Below are positions 46,815-60,500 of a DNA stretch of 64,000 nt, one piece after another; positions within the stretch are counted from its first letter, which is position 1, and each line of letters starts with the position of its first letter. The stretch lies in the NCBI GenBank assembly GCA_030704615.1, contig CM060731.1, forward strand, positions 68,014,001 through 68,078,000, written 5' to 3'. The position numbers and the translations under genes were made by a program. The notes below the pieces were generated by a model. That model was not told the origin of the DNA, did no database searches, and saw only the letters and a program-made list of their open reading frames with translations. This stretch comes from Takakia lepidozioides (taxonomy: Eukaryota; Plantae; Bryophyta).

Positions 46815-49799
46815 GGTGAGGTGTATGTCGATCAGGCAGCTTCAAATTGCAACATGCTTTTGTCTTTCCTAAACATAGCTGGACACCATCATTGCTATGA
46901 ATCAATGGGAAAGCAACTATTGCAGAGAAGACATTGAGCTATTCTTCTAGTAAGGAAACTGTTTTTTGGCCTCAAGTACAGATGTCCTGAAAACTTCAAC
47001 TGAATCTTCAGAAATAAATTTGGAGTAATACCTTACTACTGCAACAAACACGCCCATTGTGCAAGAGTTATGTACTGTCATCTTGTTCTTGTTCTTGCCT
47101 ATGGCAAAATGGCTTATAGATCGATGGTGACAAAATTCTTAGAGACATGCATGTGTAGTGCTTAGTGCTTGATGTGGGCTTAGAACACTATAGAGGTCAA
47201 GTATCATTAGGCAAAGGTTGCCATGGTAGCAATGGCCACATACTCCGAATAATCAGCTGCCAGTGTAAGAGGCACGACTCTACATCTACTGGAATCACTG
47301 GTTCAGTACTCTGATTCCCCATGACAGCATGACAAATTTGAGGTCAATTAAATTGTCCCATTCCCAAACGTCAGTGAAGCACCGGCTAGAACATGAAAAG
47401 GGAAAGTGATCATAGACGTTTAGGGAGATTGTTTGTCAATGGGAGAGTACACAAGCCTTAATAAGATGATAGAAACATCTAAAGTAAAAGAAGTTCCATT
47501 CCCCAGCCTTGGAGATGGCAGTCCAGGACAAATTTTGGAAGAAGCCATAGGCAATCCACTACAGCAGCTGATGACTGCTTTGCAAAAGCTAAGCAATATG
47601 AGGATTTCACCCTCTACATAGTTTCCCACAACTGAACCTAAAGAGCACCCGTCCAGATTTTAGCTTTTAAAAAATTCGTCCAGAGACACACTTCAATGTC
47701 TACCCTAACTTTGCACGCGAATCTGTTTTTAGTGTTCGGTCAGCTAGAGCTGTATTGGTATTGGTTTAACCATTGGCCTAAAATCATCGTTCCTTGACTC
47801 GCACCTTCACTTACAATACTGCGCATCTGGAAAGCTCCAACCTAGGTCGGGCAACCTCAATGGCCAATTCCATATGAGCTTACAGCTGGTATTCTCGTTT
47901 GTCATAAGTAACTTGGAAAGGACCAGAGGGCTTCACACAGCCCCAACAACAGACCATCTTTCACACGTTCTGAATCTGCATCAAGAGGAGAGACCACATG
48001 ACTCAAACAAGCGTGCAACACGACGATGCAAAATCCAGTTTTTTCTCAAGCCTCTATCGAACCAGACGGATTATAATCTGGTGCCGAGAGAGCCAAAATT
48101 TCAGGTGAGATTACCACCACGGCGGTAAGACCTCTTAATTTCATGCACTTGCAAAACATTTGGGCAAAAGGTCAAGGACTGCAGTTAGGCTGAGCAAAGT
48201 TGTTACACATTACTGATTATTGTGAGTAAGAGAAATCTGCAGGAAAGGAAGATTTACGCTGCTGCATGGTGAAAGAGATAACTTTCTTTCAGGGTGTGTC
48301 AGTGGAGTGCTTGAGTTCGTTCGTTCAGAATCCATAGCTCCGACATTCTTCGGAACAAAATCTTATCATTTCAACTAAAACCCCGCTCTGGAACACAGAA
48401 GATCATTCCTCACTTGCACTTTCCTCTGAATGTAAGAAATAGGACCAGGGATGCGGGGCATGCGGGGGGATCGATGGTCAAATGGAATGTGATGGAGGCA
48501 GTTTAGATCTGTAGAAACAACAATCCCCACCGCAAATACAAGGCACGGACAATAGAGCGGCGATGGGGGGTTTCAAGGCACCCGGCGAAGGTACACAGGT
48601 GAGGCCTGGACAAAAACGTACAAGGACGGGGCGGGGCAAGTGGAAGGTATAGGGGGGTGTGAAGAAGAGTATTGCTTGAGTGAGCAAAGACGTGCCCTGC
48701 CCTGTAATAACTGGTGTCTAACACCCCGTGTTTGCTATCTGTGCGCGTTCCTTCCCCGCCGCATGTCTGTCCGTCATTGGCTTGCCAGACCTTCTTTACT
48801 CCAGCATCGGCTTGTAGATGACTATGATCATGCAGACGGGGCTTCTCTCCTCATCAGTCTGCCCTTCCCAACAACAGATGAAACTGATGGCTACTATCCA
48901 TTTGGCTCCTCACGATGACTAACTAGTTCATACCTAAACATGGCAATTTGAAGTGACAACAGTCTTCAGACGGTCGCGCCCTAAACTCTTGAATGTGAAG
49001 AAGAAGAGTGATGCAGTACGGGTGTTTTTTCGGGGGGAAGCGCCCGGTATGAGGCCCTTCCCAAGCGTGAAACCACGATTGACATCCGTGGAGTTGAAAA
49101 TCTTCCACAGACAAAGGGGCAAGCATCCCTGAAGATCAGACATCGTAATATACATTTCTCTCCTCTCAAACTTCCATTTTCTGCTCCACAAGACGCTTAG
49201 GAAAATGTCGGCAATAAGTTGAAAGCAATTAGCAGTCCTGTAACGTTTGGGGAGAACTGATGCCCTTATCTCACAGCTGAATGCGAGCAGCCAATCGTGG
49301 CAAGACCAGCGCTTACCACCCTAGTTCACACTACGAGAGAAAGAAGAGGAGTTCGTATGTTTACTGAGTCGAGATGGAGAGAAAGACATCCACTACCCTA
49401 AAGTAGCGTGTTCTGGGGTTTGCAACAACGAGATTCCAACAATGCCTCAAGATTCGTGCGAGTGCGCGACGCCGAATGATCATCTTGATGTACACCGGCA
49501 CCCTCCTAACATGAAAGTCAGATCCGAGACATCAACTCCACAGAGAAATATGTTAATCGCCTGCAACTCAATTCTAGCCCTCCACACTTGAAAGCCAGGA
49601 TCACACTATATGTGCACCACCTACACAACCCTACACCACTCCTGCCAGATCTCTTCTCCTCTTCTTCTTCTTCCCTAATCTCCCACCTCAGCATCTCGAT
49701 TACTCGCCAACCACGCTGCTACAGGAACTCAGCAGTCACAGTGAGCATCCCCCACGCTTCAATTGCAGTGCATAACCTGTTGCGATCAAGAAATGCTGC

Positions 49800-50300
49800 T
49801 GCATTCGCGAGCAGCGAGTAACCGCCAAGAGGTGGAGAACGGGATCCCCTGCCTATTTATCCACCAAATGCCTCTTCCCACCAAACGCCCAAACCTTCCC
49901 TCCGTTTGTCCAATTTCAAACGGCCCAACCTTTAACCAAAAGCGTTAGCGCCATTTTATTTTACTTTAATTCCTGCCCACGTAGTCTCGTGTCGGGGTTT
50001 GAGCCCGGGTCGCATGCGTGCCACCGCACTAGCGCCGCTGCTAAACGGGGACTCAGCCGCAGAGCATAAAAAGCATATGCCTGCCATGCCATGGCATCAT
50101 GCCATGACATATACCCCCTCCGCTGCCTATCGCCCGCTGCCGGTCGCCTTCTATTTTCCCTTTATAAACAGAAAAAAAAAGTAAAAGGTTGAACAACACA
50201 CACAAAGTGACAAATAAAACAAATGGAAGAAATTGAGAAAATAAATAAAAATAGAGGGGGCGGTGGAGGGTGACCGACAGCTGGCGAGGAGAAAAGACAG
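49800..50300. promoter_or_regulatory. Probable divergent (bidirectional) promoter region
   Basis: CpG-rich stretch between head-to-head genes. TATA-like ATAAATAG on the minus strand (~49852-49859) and TTTATAAA on the plus strand (50161). Purine-rich leader-like sequence on both sides. Confidence 0.5.
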
Positions 50301-51512
50301 GGCCTCTTCCTTAGAGGAGCTTTCCGGCGGGCAAGAGTAGGGCAGCTGGCAGTAGATGGTCAATGTGCGTGTAAACGTGCAGGTAGATCGACTCTCAATT
50401 CGTGTGCGTGGATTCGCTTTCTTTGATCGGGTAGAGTCCTTGAAACTGGCCGTGCAGGAAAATATTGAAGCTTGATTACTATTAAGAGCGAGTCTAAGTC
50501 GTGGTAGGTAATGTAGGCCTGCTGCCGATGGTATCGTCTTTCAGCTGTCAGATTTATGGCAGGATCATGGCAGTTTCGGTATAATAACTCAGCATGAGTG
50601 TAGCGCTGGTTCTTGACTCGCTTCTTTACCAATTCTGCGTTTACTGGGAGTTGCAATGCTGGACAATCTCTTTTTTAAGTTCACACGCAGTTGTAACTAG
50701 CAGAATCGTCGTCCCTGTGAGGGGAACGAGACAAGCAAGCATCTGAAACTATAGTCAGTTCGGCATCTGAAAGGAGATGCAGCTCCTTGCATTTCTAAGT
50801 TCGGGAGTCCCTAATGATAAACCTGATTTAACGAGCTGATTTAACGAGTCCGCCATAGCTCTCAACAACATTCACTTGTGCCTTCCTTTTCTTGCCTCAG
50901 CGCCGTTTGCTTGTCAGGAGAGTATCTGAAGCTAAGCCAAGGACCTCGCGTTCTTTCCTTCCTGCCCCAGTTCAGGAGCTCCTTTTTTGAAGGTATGCTC
51001 GTGCGGTTGCTATGGATTGATCTTCCCGTTGGTTATGGCTTCTGTCTTCTCTATATTCCTCTCTATTTCCCAAGCTACATTTTCCTGATCTGCTACTCAT
51101 CTCGTGTAGGGTCGACAACTGTGGAGTGATTGTCCCTCCCATATGTCGTGATGGGACTGACTTTCCGCCTTTCCTGGTTCATATGCAAATCAATGTGTGT
51201 TGGTTTGATCTTCTTTTCTGTTGCCTCATATTCTCTCCCTCTGTGTCCTACAAGAAAGTCTGTCTCTCAGGAAGTGTTGGAAACCCTTCATTGTGTGTTG
51301 ACATTTGCATTTTTTACCTATCTTTGGAATTGTATAGCTTTACACACCATTTTGAATTTTGATTGTGGTTCTGTTGGCAATCATTTTCAGGATTAAACAG
51401 AAGCAAAACTCACTACTTTATGTGCACAGAGAATTACGGAAAGCGATTTAAAGATGGGACTTTCAGGGTGTAGGGATTGAGCAGAGGCAGTAGCGTACCA
51501 ACTGTTATCATC

Positions 51513-54500
51513 ATGGAGGTCTCCTCTATGGGAATCTGTTCGAGGGAATCTGCTCCTCTCTTGACGAGCATGGTGCGATGGGAGCATCCCGGGAGTTCAC
51601 CCACTTCGGTTGGCTCGATGAATTCTCGAACTTTGGTAGGTGGCAGCAGTTTTCAGGGTCAGTTTTGGCTCTCCAGGCAATGGCAGGCCGCCGGGCCTGC
51701 AATGTGGAGGGGTATTTGTCGAGACCACGCACCACTAAGAGGCAATCAAAGTGATGATTGCTCTGCTGCAAACCCTTGGGGAGTTCTAAACTGGACTGCT
51801 CTGGACCAGCCAATTCCACAACAACCTGGCAGTAGGTACATGCCTCACGCATTGTCAATCGCTCCTGCAGCTCGACCTTCCCTGGAGACAAACAATCACC
51901 AACGGTGGAGGCTGGATGATGAGATTCTGGAACTGAAAGAACTTCAAAAGCGGCTACAAGCAGCATCTACCTTTGCGGAGAAGTTAGATGTGATAGACAG
52001 CAATAGGCGGGTGCGCAAATTGTTTGGGGGATATGGCCATTCAGGAATATATATAAACCCCACAATTGCTCTGGCTGTGCGCACGTTGGGGATGACTGAC
52101 ATTTACTTGTTGAAATGTATGGTTGCAATTGGCCAGGAGCATGTCTTAGAAACTTCCCCAGAATTTTGGCCAGCTTTAACCGATGCAAATGATAGCTGGG
52201 AGAAGGAAGGGAAGCTGAATCTTGAATATCCACTGTCATCACCTCCACAGAATCCTGTTAAAGAAGTGTTTTCGATGCTGGGCCAACTGATAGAGAGCTG
52301 GGATCCATCACTGCGTATTTCCGATCATTATCTGGCCACTCTGTTTAATTCTCCAAGGAAGGAGCCAAGTAGAAAGGACCAGGATACAAATGAAATGCAT
52401 GGCAGTGCAGGCTTGGCTGAAAGCTTCATAGAATCGCTGAAAAGTCTTGTACATATGCTGGAGAGACTGGAGAAATTCTATGACAGTATCGGTGGGATCA
52501 TTGGGTAAGCCAGCAATATCGCACAGGGGATCAGCGTCTGAGTGTGAAGCTTACTTGGGTAGTGTAGTCTGGTCCTCTCTCGGTTTTGAAAGAGTAAGTC
52601 TTGCTGGAGTATAGTCACTTGTATTGGCACAGCTGCTATGTATAGGCTAGTTCTGGTGCAGCAAACCCCAGTCAGATGTGGACTACATTCACACAAGCAG
52701 GTTGTGTGCTTCATTCAGCAATTGCACAATAAGTGGTTCTGAACATTACAGCCAAATGCATGGGTGTAGGGCCTAAGGTATCGTTGAGGAGGCTTTGAGA
52801 TGCAGGATCTGAAGGTTTGCTAGGTACTTGGCCACAAGTGAATGGCACCTTTTCTTTGAACTGGCACTCTCAAATTGAGATCGCATGAAGCTCTGTTCTA
52901 GCAGGTGAACAAGCTTCAAAGGTCTCTTGCCAGAGATGTGGAAAAACTTTCACAATCCTGTTCAAAAGTGCCAGAATTCAACCCAAGTCAGTTTTCCCCC
53001 TTCCGTCTGACACGCCAGTGTAGAAACCATCAACTCTGTTGCTCAATGGCCAACCTGTAAATCTTCACATAGCACGTGGACACTATAGACTGTTGCTCTA
53101 CTGTCAACAGTGCTGTATTTTAATTTTCTCTTTGAGGCAACTGATTCTTATAATGAGTGGATGCAGATATCAGGTGGCAGCGCTTGAACTAATCAAGGCT
53201 TCTGAGAAAGAGCAACAGCAAGGGAAGTCATATTGGTCAACCCATGGAGCAAGAGATTCGGTGACTGCTGGGTCATCCAAGAAACGGTTTTCTGTTCCTT
53301 TGGGCGCCGATCTTTCAAGGGATAAGGCTTTTGGCACCCAAGCTGCCAGCTGGGGTCTTGAGGTATTCGCAACTTTAGTTGGTGATGGAAGTTGGACTCA
53401 CACATAAAAGTGTATGACTGGTTGCAAGGTGGATGTCAGGAAGTCACCTCCCTGCACCTCGCTGATAGCAACAGAAATGAAGAGTGTTTGACAACAGACC
53501 CTATGGATATGGCTATAAACCGAAAGAGTGTGATTCTCAAAATGCAGTTATTGGATGTTAAGTGAGTATCTAAGTTCCGTCATTGTGGTTCAGGGATTGC
53601 CGGATATGGCAGAGATCTATCCACTGGGAGGTGCAGGTGATCGGCTGGGACTGGTGGATAAATTGACTGGAGAGTGTTTACCTGTAGCCATGCTACCATA
53701 TTGTGGACGAACTTTGCTGGAAGGTCTAATTCGTGATCTTCAGGTGTGCTGCAACCCTTCTTTCAGAGCTTACTGAAATTTTCTAAATTTTAGGTTGCAC
53801 CTGCAAGGCTTGTCACACAAGGCAAAAGGCCTTGAAGAGGGTGGATTACACATGATTCGCGATACTTGCTATCGTGCTCATAGATTGGACATGTATCTCC
53901 CAGGTGGATTGACATTCTGTGCAGAGGTTTCCCACTTATTCTCAGTTTGTAACTAAGCCTTGTGCCCAGCATGGGAATGTCCTTGGGGTAGTCATAAGTC
54001 CTAAGTTTAACCTATTCATCAAAGTGTGCCTAGAGGAAATGTGTGCCAGGCGTCAGCTGGTTTACTTTTGACTTACCGTTTTGTCGTCGGCTTCTATCCT
54101 CGCGTCATCTGGCCTGTTTGAGAGAATTGTCTATGTTAAGCTATCTTTTTTTTGAGTCAACTGTACTTCTTGAATTCCGCTCGTGAGCTGAACGTGGGAA
54201 TTCCAATCTCATACAATGCTAGTGATTCTGCATAATAGGCTTAGGGCACTGAGCTGTATGTGAGTCAATCCCTATGCTTGGAATTGTCCTGCCATGCGGC
54301 AGATTCATTCTGAAGCATATTGCGGCCGGTCTAAATTTGTGAAGCAGCATATAGCAACTGGATTTCTGCAACATTTTACACACGTGGTCCTAAAAATATA
54401 TGGCAATTAGGCTGTTGAGTTCTGCTGAGGGGACTAACCTTGTTACCCCTGTGGACAACTGACAGTTGACTGGGATAGAAATGTGGTCAATGCCTTCCTG

Positions 54501-57500
54501 ATCATGTGTGAAGCATGGCTGACCTTCATGTGTTTGCTCCATTGTACTAGAGACTCTTAACAACTCCCAAGGCAAGCATTTGGTAAAATAAGTATGTATA
54601 TGACTCAGCCTTGTGAGAGTTGACAGGTTCTTTCGAATCTCCATTCTTGGACAAATTTCTAAGGATCCTTCCTTTGGATGGAAATCACTTCGTTGCTAAT
54701 AACCAGGGTTAAATGATGGGAGCACATTAGACCTTTATCACATCCCCATTGTAGCTTTGATGACAATGCAACTTCCAATGGAGGGAGAGTTTTGTACTCA
54801 TAAGACGTTGTTTGCCGTAGCCTTGTGGCCATTGACCCCGCGCCCAGTTTGAGCGGGAAAATGGAGGGAGAGTGTGAGACAGACAGAGAGTAGTTGTGTT
54901 TGTTGTAGTAGGTATATGATGAGGGTTTTACTGTTGGATTGCTGAAACAGGCCAGGGAGTTTTTGTACTACAAGGTCTATGGAACGCAGCATATAACCCC
55001 AGTGGCCATCATGACAAGCGCTGCAAAGAAGAATAATGAACGGGTCCGAGCGCTGTGTACAAACCATGATTGGTTTGGTCGGGGCCAAAATAATTTCCAT
55101 CTGTTTGAGCAGGTATGTTCTTATGGCTGTGTGGACCTCTTGTGGTGTTTTTCAATTTGTGAGTATGGAAGTTGTCTTTCTCTCTTTTTTGGCTCTGGTC
55201 TTGTTTCCTCTCTCTTGTTTTTTTCCATTTTGTCCCATAAGCTCTTTGTGCTTTCCGCGGACGTTATTAAGTACCATTTCATTTCATTTCTTTCTTTCCA
55301 AGCACAACAAGAACATACTTATTAGGCAGGAGCGCAAGGAACTCCATGTCAAGTGGACCTGGAGATCGTGCACCCTCACCAGTAAGTTTTAGTTCTATGT
55401 AGACCTTGTCGAGGATGGAATGCTACAGCCTAATTAGTTGTTTGCCAAGCAATGGGAAATTTATACTCGGGGCGGGGAATCTATCTTTGAACAACAAACT
55501 GTTGCACAGAGGAAAGGGAGATTGTCAAGGCCCGATGTGTGGCCACCCTCTGACAATATCCATTTTCTGATTCAATATCCAGGGTATTCTCCAGAGTGCA
55601 ACCTTCTTCAGGACCATCAAGGACATAGTCCTGCACCTCTGTTCACCAATTTTCAAAATTTCAAGGCTGAGCCCAGAGCCCTGGCCCTGCTGTAGTCTAC
55701 TTGCTGTGCAGCTCAGTTGTGTCAACGGTTTTCTAGAGGAAATCTGGGAAGCCTTCCCTATTAATGAGATATTTTGTGGTGTTCAGCCATTGGTACCAAC
55801 TGTGGCAGCAGCTGATGGGTGTTGGCTGCTGAGTGAACCCTTGACGGTGGTGCTCAAGCCAGGAGGCCATGGTGTCATTTGGAAGCTTGCCAGTGATGAC
55901 GGCGTCTTTGAGTGGTTTTCCAGTCTCGGACGCAAAGCAGCAATTGTGCGACAGATTAGGTCTACATTTCAATTTTTGGCCTATTTGCATACCCTTTAAT
56001 GTCATATCCTCTGAAACTGGAGGAGAGAAGAAATATACCTCAATACTTATTTCAGTGGGAGGTCTTCCGGTTGGTTTGCATACTTGGCACATGAGATGAT
56101 TTTATTGTCAATACTATTGTTCTTGGGCCTCATAAACAATGATGTCCTCAAACTGAGTATGATGTTTGGTTTTGGCAGTAACCCTATTGCAGGAACAGAT
56201 GTCACTCTGTTGGCTTTGTCTGGCATCGGCTTGCACTACAATAAGGTGTAGCCTTTGCCCTGGATATTCTTGATTCAACCAGGCTAGACTATGCGACTCC
56301 TCAATGTACTGGGTACAAATCATAGCATATCAAGGCAGGGCTTCCAAAGAAAGTCCAATCTTTTGGTTGAATAATGGGATCTTACTGCTCTTTGGGCCCG
56401 GGATGACATGAAGGATAGTTGATAAGAATCTACTGCAATTAGAAGGATAAATTCAGATCGAGTGTAACTTGTGCCAGATGCAGCAAGCTCAGATTCCCTG
56501 TAGGTTGTTACTGGTTTACCATCATTGTTTGCACATGGCACATAGAGAGAGAAAAGTGCTGGATGTTTCCAGTATTTTATGGTAACTAACTTAAGTTTTT
56601 AATGTGATGTGCCATAGAAATTTGGATTTGCGTCATGCGAGCGCAATGTTGGGGCAGCAGAGGGTGTGAATGTGTTGGTGGAGAAGAGCACTGGAGATGA
56701 CTCCTGGGAATATGGTGTCACGTGTATTGAGTACACAGAGTTTAGTAAACTGGGCATTGCTGACGTACCTGTTGCACCTGGCAGGTACATCTGGGGCTTG
56801 ATCTTCTTTAAATTTATTTCTGTCTCCTCTTCTTGTTATTTTTTCTTGTTATTTGTTGTTACAAGGTCTGGTCCCGCTAGCTCTTTTAGGCCTCATAAGA
56901 ATTTTATGAGTTTCTTGCTTTCTGCAGTTTGATCTGGTGCCGCAGGACAGGGACAGGCTTAGTAGACAAGATGTTCAGAAGACATGCATTATGTATCTAA
57001 GGCATGTCACCCAAAAATACATTTCATCGACTTCAGAGACAATCACATCCTGATGCTGTACTACTTGTCTATGTAGCCCTTCCCATTGTTGATCATGGCT
57101 TTAAGTATGTGCAGACTCAGCTTGCAGCCGTGGTATTGAAACTGGCAGATGTCTCAACATCCCTTCAGGATAGGAATTGCAGACATAACGTAGTTATCTT
57201 CTTCACATGCCTGGGTATCATGAGATTAGAGGAAAATACTACAGGCGTGGTGAGGGGCTGCTAATACATTGCAGACTACTGCTCATACATTTAGTTTTAA
57301 AGACCAGAAATGGTTGGCAGCTTACGACTGCAATGTGCTCCTGCTTTGAGCAGTAGTTTAGGCCTGGTTCCTTATTTCTTTATTAGTGTCTCACTTACTT
57401 TTAAGTCATTTTCTTTTTTCCCCTATCTGGGCCCCTGCAGACAGAATAAATATCCCTCTTCCTTCTGTTCTTTTCCTCTCTGTGTAGGGTGTAGATTTAT

Positions 57501-60500
57501 TGTAAACTTTTTTATTGTCTTACCTTTGTTCTTGCTTGTTTTGTTTTTGCTTATTCTTGGTGATAGGCGAATCACTCCAGCAGCAATGAACCCTGAATGT
57601 GGGAACACAATTGTTTGCAAATAAGAAAATTATATAAAGGTTGACGCCTGCCGATGCAAGTGTAAATTATGGTGTCTCTTCATCCCAAAGGGCTACCTTC
57701 CGTTGGGAAGGTGGACAACTTTTTTTGCAACTACATTCCTTATACCCTTCTTTGTGAGCAGAGTGAAGCTGGAAGACGGAGATAGGCCTGGTGCTGGCCA
57801 ATGAGCTGAAGTGAGGTCCAACCTGATCTGAAAGTCTTCTGAAGGTTGGTGTTCTTGTCGGGAAAGCAGCATGCAGGCCCAGTACCCAGCCAATACCAAT
57901 GTGCTCTACGTGGACCTGGCTTCAGTGGAGCGAATTGCTTCCAGTCAAACTGTCGCATCTTTGCCAGGGATGATAATGAACCTGAAGAAGCCCATTGTTT
58001 ACAGAGACCACCTTGGTCTCAAGCATAGGTGTGTGATCTCTACTCATTCCTGTCTCCACACAGCTTCCCAATGAACCCTGTGCTTATAGAGAGACCTGTA
58101 ATTTCTTGTAGAACTGACGAATCTGTGCATTGCAATGGATCAGTGTACATGCCGGGAGGATTGAGTGTACCATGCAGAATATAGCTGATTCACTTCTTAA
58201 TCGGCAACCCTCCAAACTTTCTTCAAAGAACCAAGGTGTGCTTGACTATCCTTCTTTGCTGACTCTCTTGGAAGTGCTGAAACTACCATTGGGTGTGTAC
58301 TTCAGAGAGAAGAAAGAGAAAACTAACTATTATGTCCACCACAGGCCCCCAAAGTGAGAGAGAATGTACTCCTTATATGTTGCCCAAAGTGAGCGAAAGA
58401 AATGAAATGAAATGATACATTATAATGTCTGCAGAAAGCTCAGAGAGCTTATAGGAGAAGAGAAAGCATGAAACAATAAAGAACGAGGGGCCCTCCACAA
58501 GCAGCCCAAAATCAACTATTGCTCAAGGGAGCGAATTAAGTCATGAGACAACTCATGAGACGTTTGCCGTAGCCTTATGGCCACAATCTGTCCTCAAGAA
58601 CTAACTTTTGCCTTTGCAAGCTGGTATAGAGATGCTGTTAGAAGACACAATGTCAATTCCAGTATTGCTGCTCTAGTCTCCCATTTGGCTAAAATAACAA
58701 GGGGGATGTTGACTCCCTCTGGGTTGGCATTTCATGGCTTCCCCAGCCTCAGAGAGAGATGTGTGGACCGTTCTTTTGCATACTGTTCTTTTCATAGCTC
58801 TGAAGAACCCTTGTGGCCATTGTGACGAACTGATTGTGGGGTTTCTAGTTTCTACCCGCCAGTTGTGGAACTCCAGCCTGACATGACATTACCTTACTGC
58901 TTGAACCACAGCCTGATATTACCTTACTGTGCACCCAGTTACAATTTGCTCACAGTGATTTCATATTTGTCTAAGGTTCGCATTAAACTCCCAACAAAAA
59001 CATGGTGTTGATGATGCCAGTATTACTCCCTCCCTCAGTGCCACATGCGGTGGTGTTGTTGTATCAGCGTGGAAAGAAAAAGAGAAATAGGGAAAGGAAA
59101 TTATGACTTCAGGAACTTCTGGGGCAAGGCAATAGCTGGAAAATTGCACCTCAAACGTAGCTCAAAGACAGGAATTTATGAAGTACTCTCTTTGTAATTT
59201 CTGATTTACTCTGCACGCCCAAGGCTATACTTATCTCATATGACTTTGTGGAGCAAAGCAGGGAGTTTTTTTTCACCAAATAGCTTAAGGAAAAAATTAT
59301 CCATGGGTTCCGACATTGAGCATGGTCATGGATGCAGGAAACTTGGACACATTTGTGATATACAATGAGAGGCGCAAGGTGACATCATCTGCCAAGCGAT
59401 GCAGAAAACCTACAGACCATTCACTTCACCAGGTCATAGCTGCTTGCAATTGCATATCTGCAGACAGGAGAAAGATTCAAAATTTAATGCAAGATATCAT
59501 CGGTCCTATTGTAGCCAATTTGGAGGTCAGAAATGGTTTGTAGTTTGATGTGTTAGAGTATAATCCTTTGGTGCTGTTGTTGAGTCTCAGGCTTTTTAGC
59601 ATGGATGCTTCGAATGGTGGTATTGTGGTCTAACCCTACAGGTGGATCTGGGTATGCTTGTACTTTCTACTTGCCGATCATTACAGACTCCAGACGGCTC
59701 ATTTCTGGACGTGACGAGAAATGCATTTGAACTTTTGACATCATGTGGAGTTAAAATGCCACAGGTCTGTATTGTTGATTTTATTGATATTTATTGGTGC
59801 CAAAAATTCTGGTCCAGGTGGGTTTCTATGAGGCCCTTCTAGACTGTATGTTGTGGCAATGGCTCCCTAAGCTTCGTTTACATTGTTTGGTGGTTAGGTC
59901 TGTTTTCCAATAAGCAGGTAGGGAGGCATGTGTCTGTGCCCTACCGCTCCTTCAAGGCATAAATGTACAAGAAGCATCCAGTATGTCTTGGGATAACGTA
60001 GACCTCATTTCTGGACAACTGCAGGGTTAAAATCTTCAACTTCTGTAACCTTGTTTATTTTTGTACTCTAGATGGAGAGCAATCACTGCTATGTTGACTC
60101 TGGACCTCCTTTCCTTGTCTTGCTGCATCCAGCCTTGGGACCCTTGTGGGATATTACTCGCCAAAAGGTAAGGTCCTCCATGCGATCACATTGATTTTTG
60201 TCAGTAGGTGAAAGCAGCAGATAGTTAGATATGACAATTCAGCCTAGCAGTATATAGATGATGACTGAATCCAACAGATGGTTAGGCTCGTGCGCCTTGC
60301 AAGTGGTCACGTATTCAAAGCCGTGTCTCGTGGAGTAACCCATTATAACTAACTCATACATAAATTGGATCGATGGGTCACCTAATTTTGTGGGTATCTG
60401 GGGGCTTTCGTGTCCTTAGGGGATTTCTAAGTTTGGGCTGTTAGTACTAACAGTTACTAACAGTTCTGTTTCAGTCAGAAGGCAGTAGCCCTACGGACTG

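Noticed and set aside
21709-58530. Recurring ~60-bp hairpin repeat as a CRISPR-like array
   Set aside because: Spacing is irregular, both strands are used, and the repeat is attached to LINE ORF2 remnants in a eukaryotic context.
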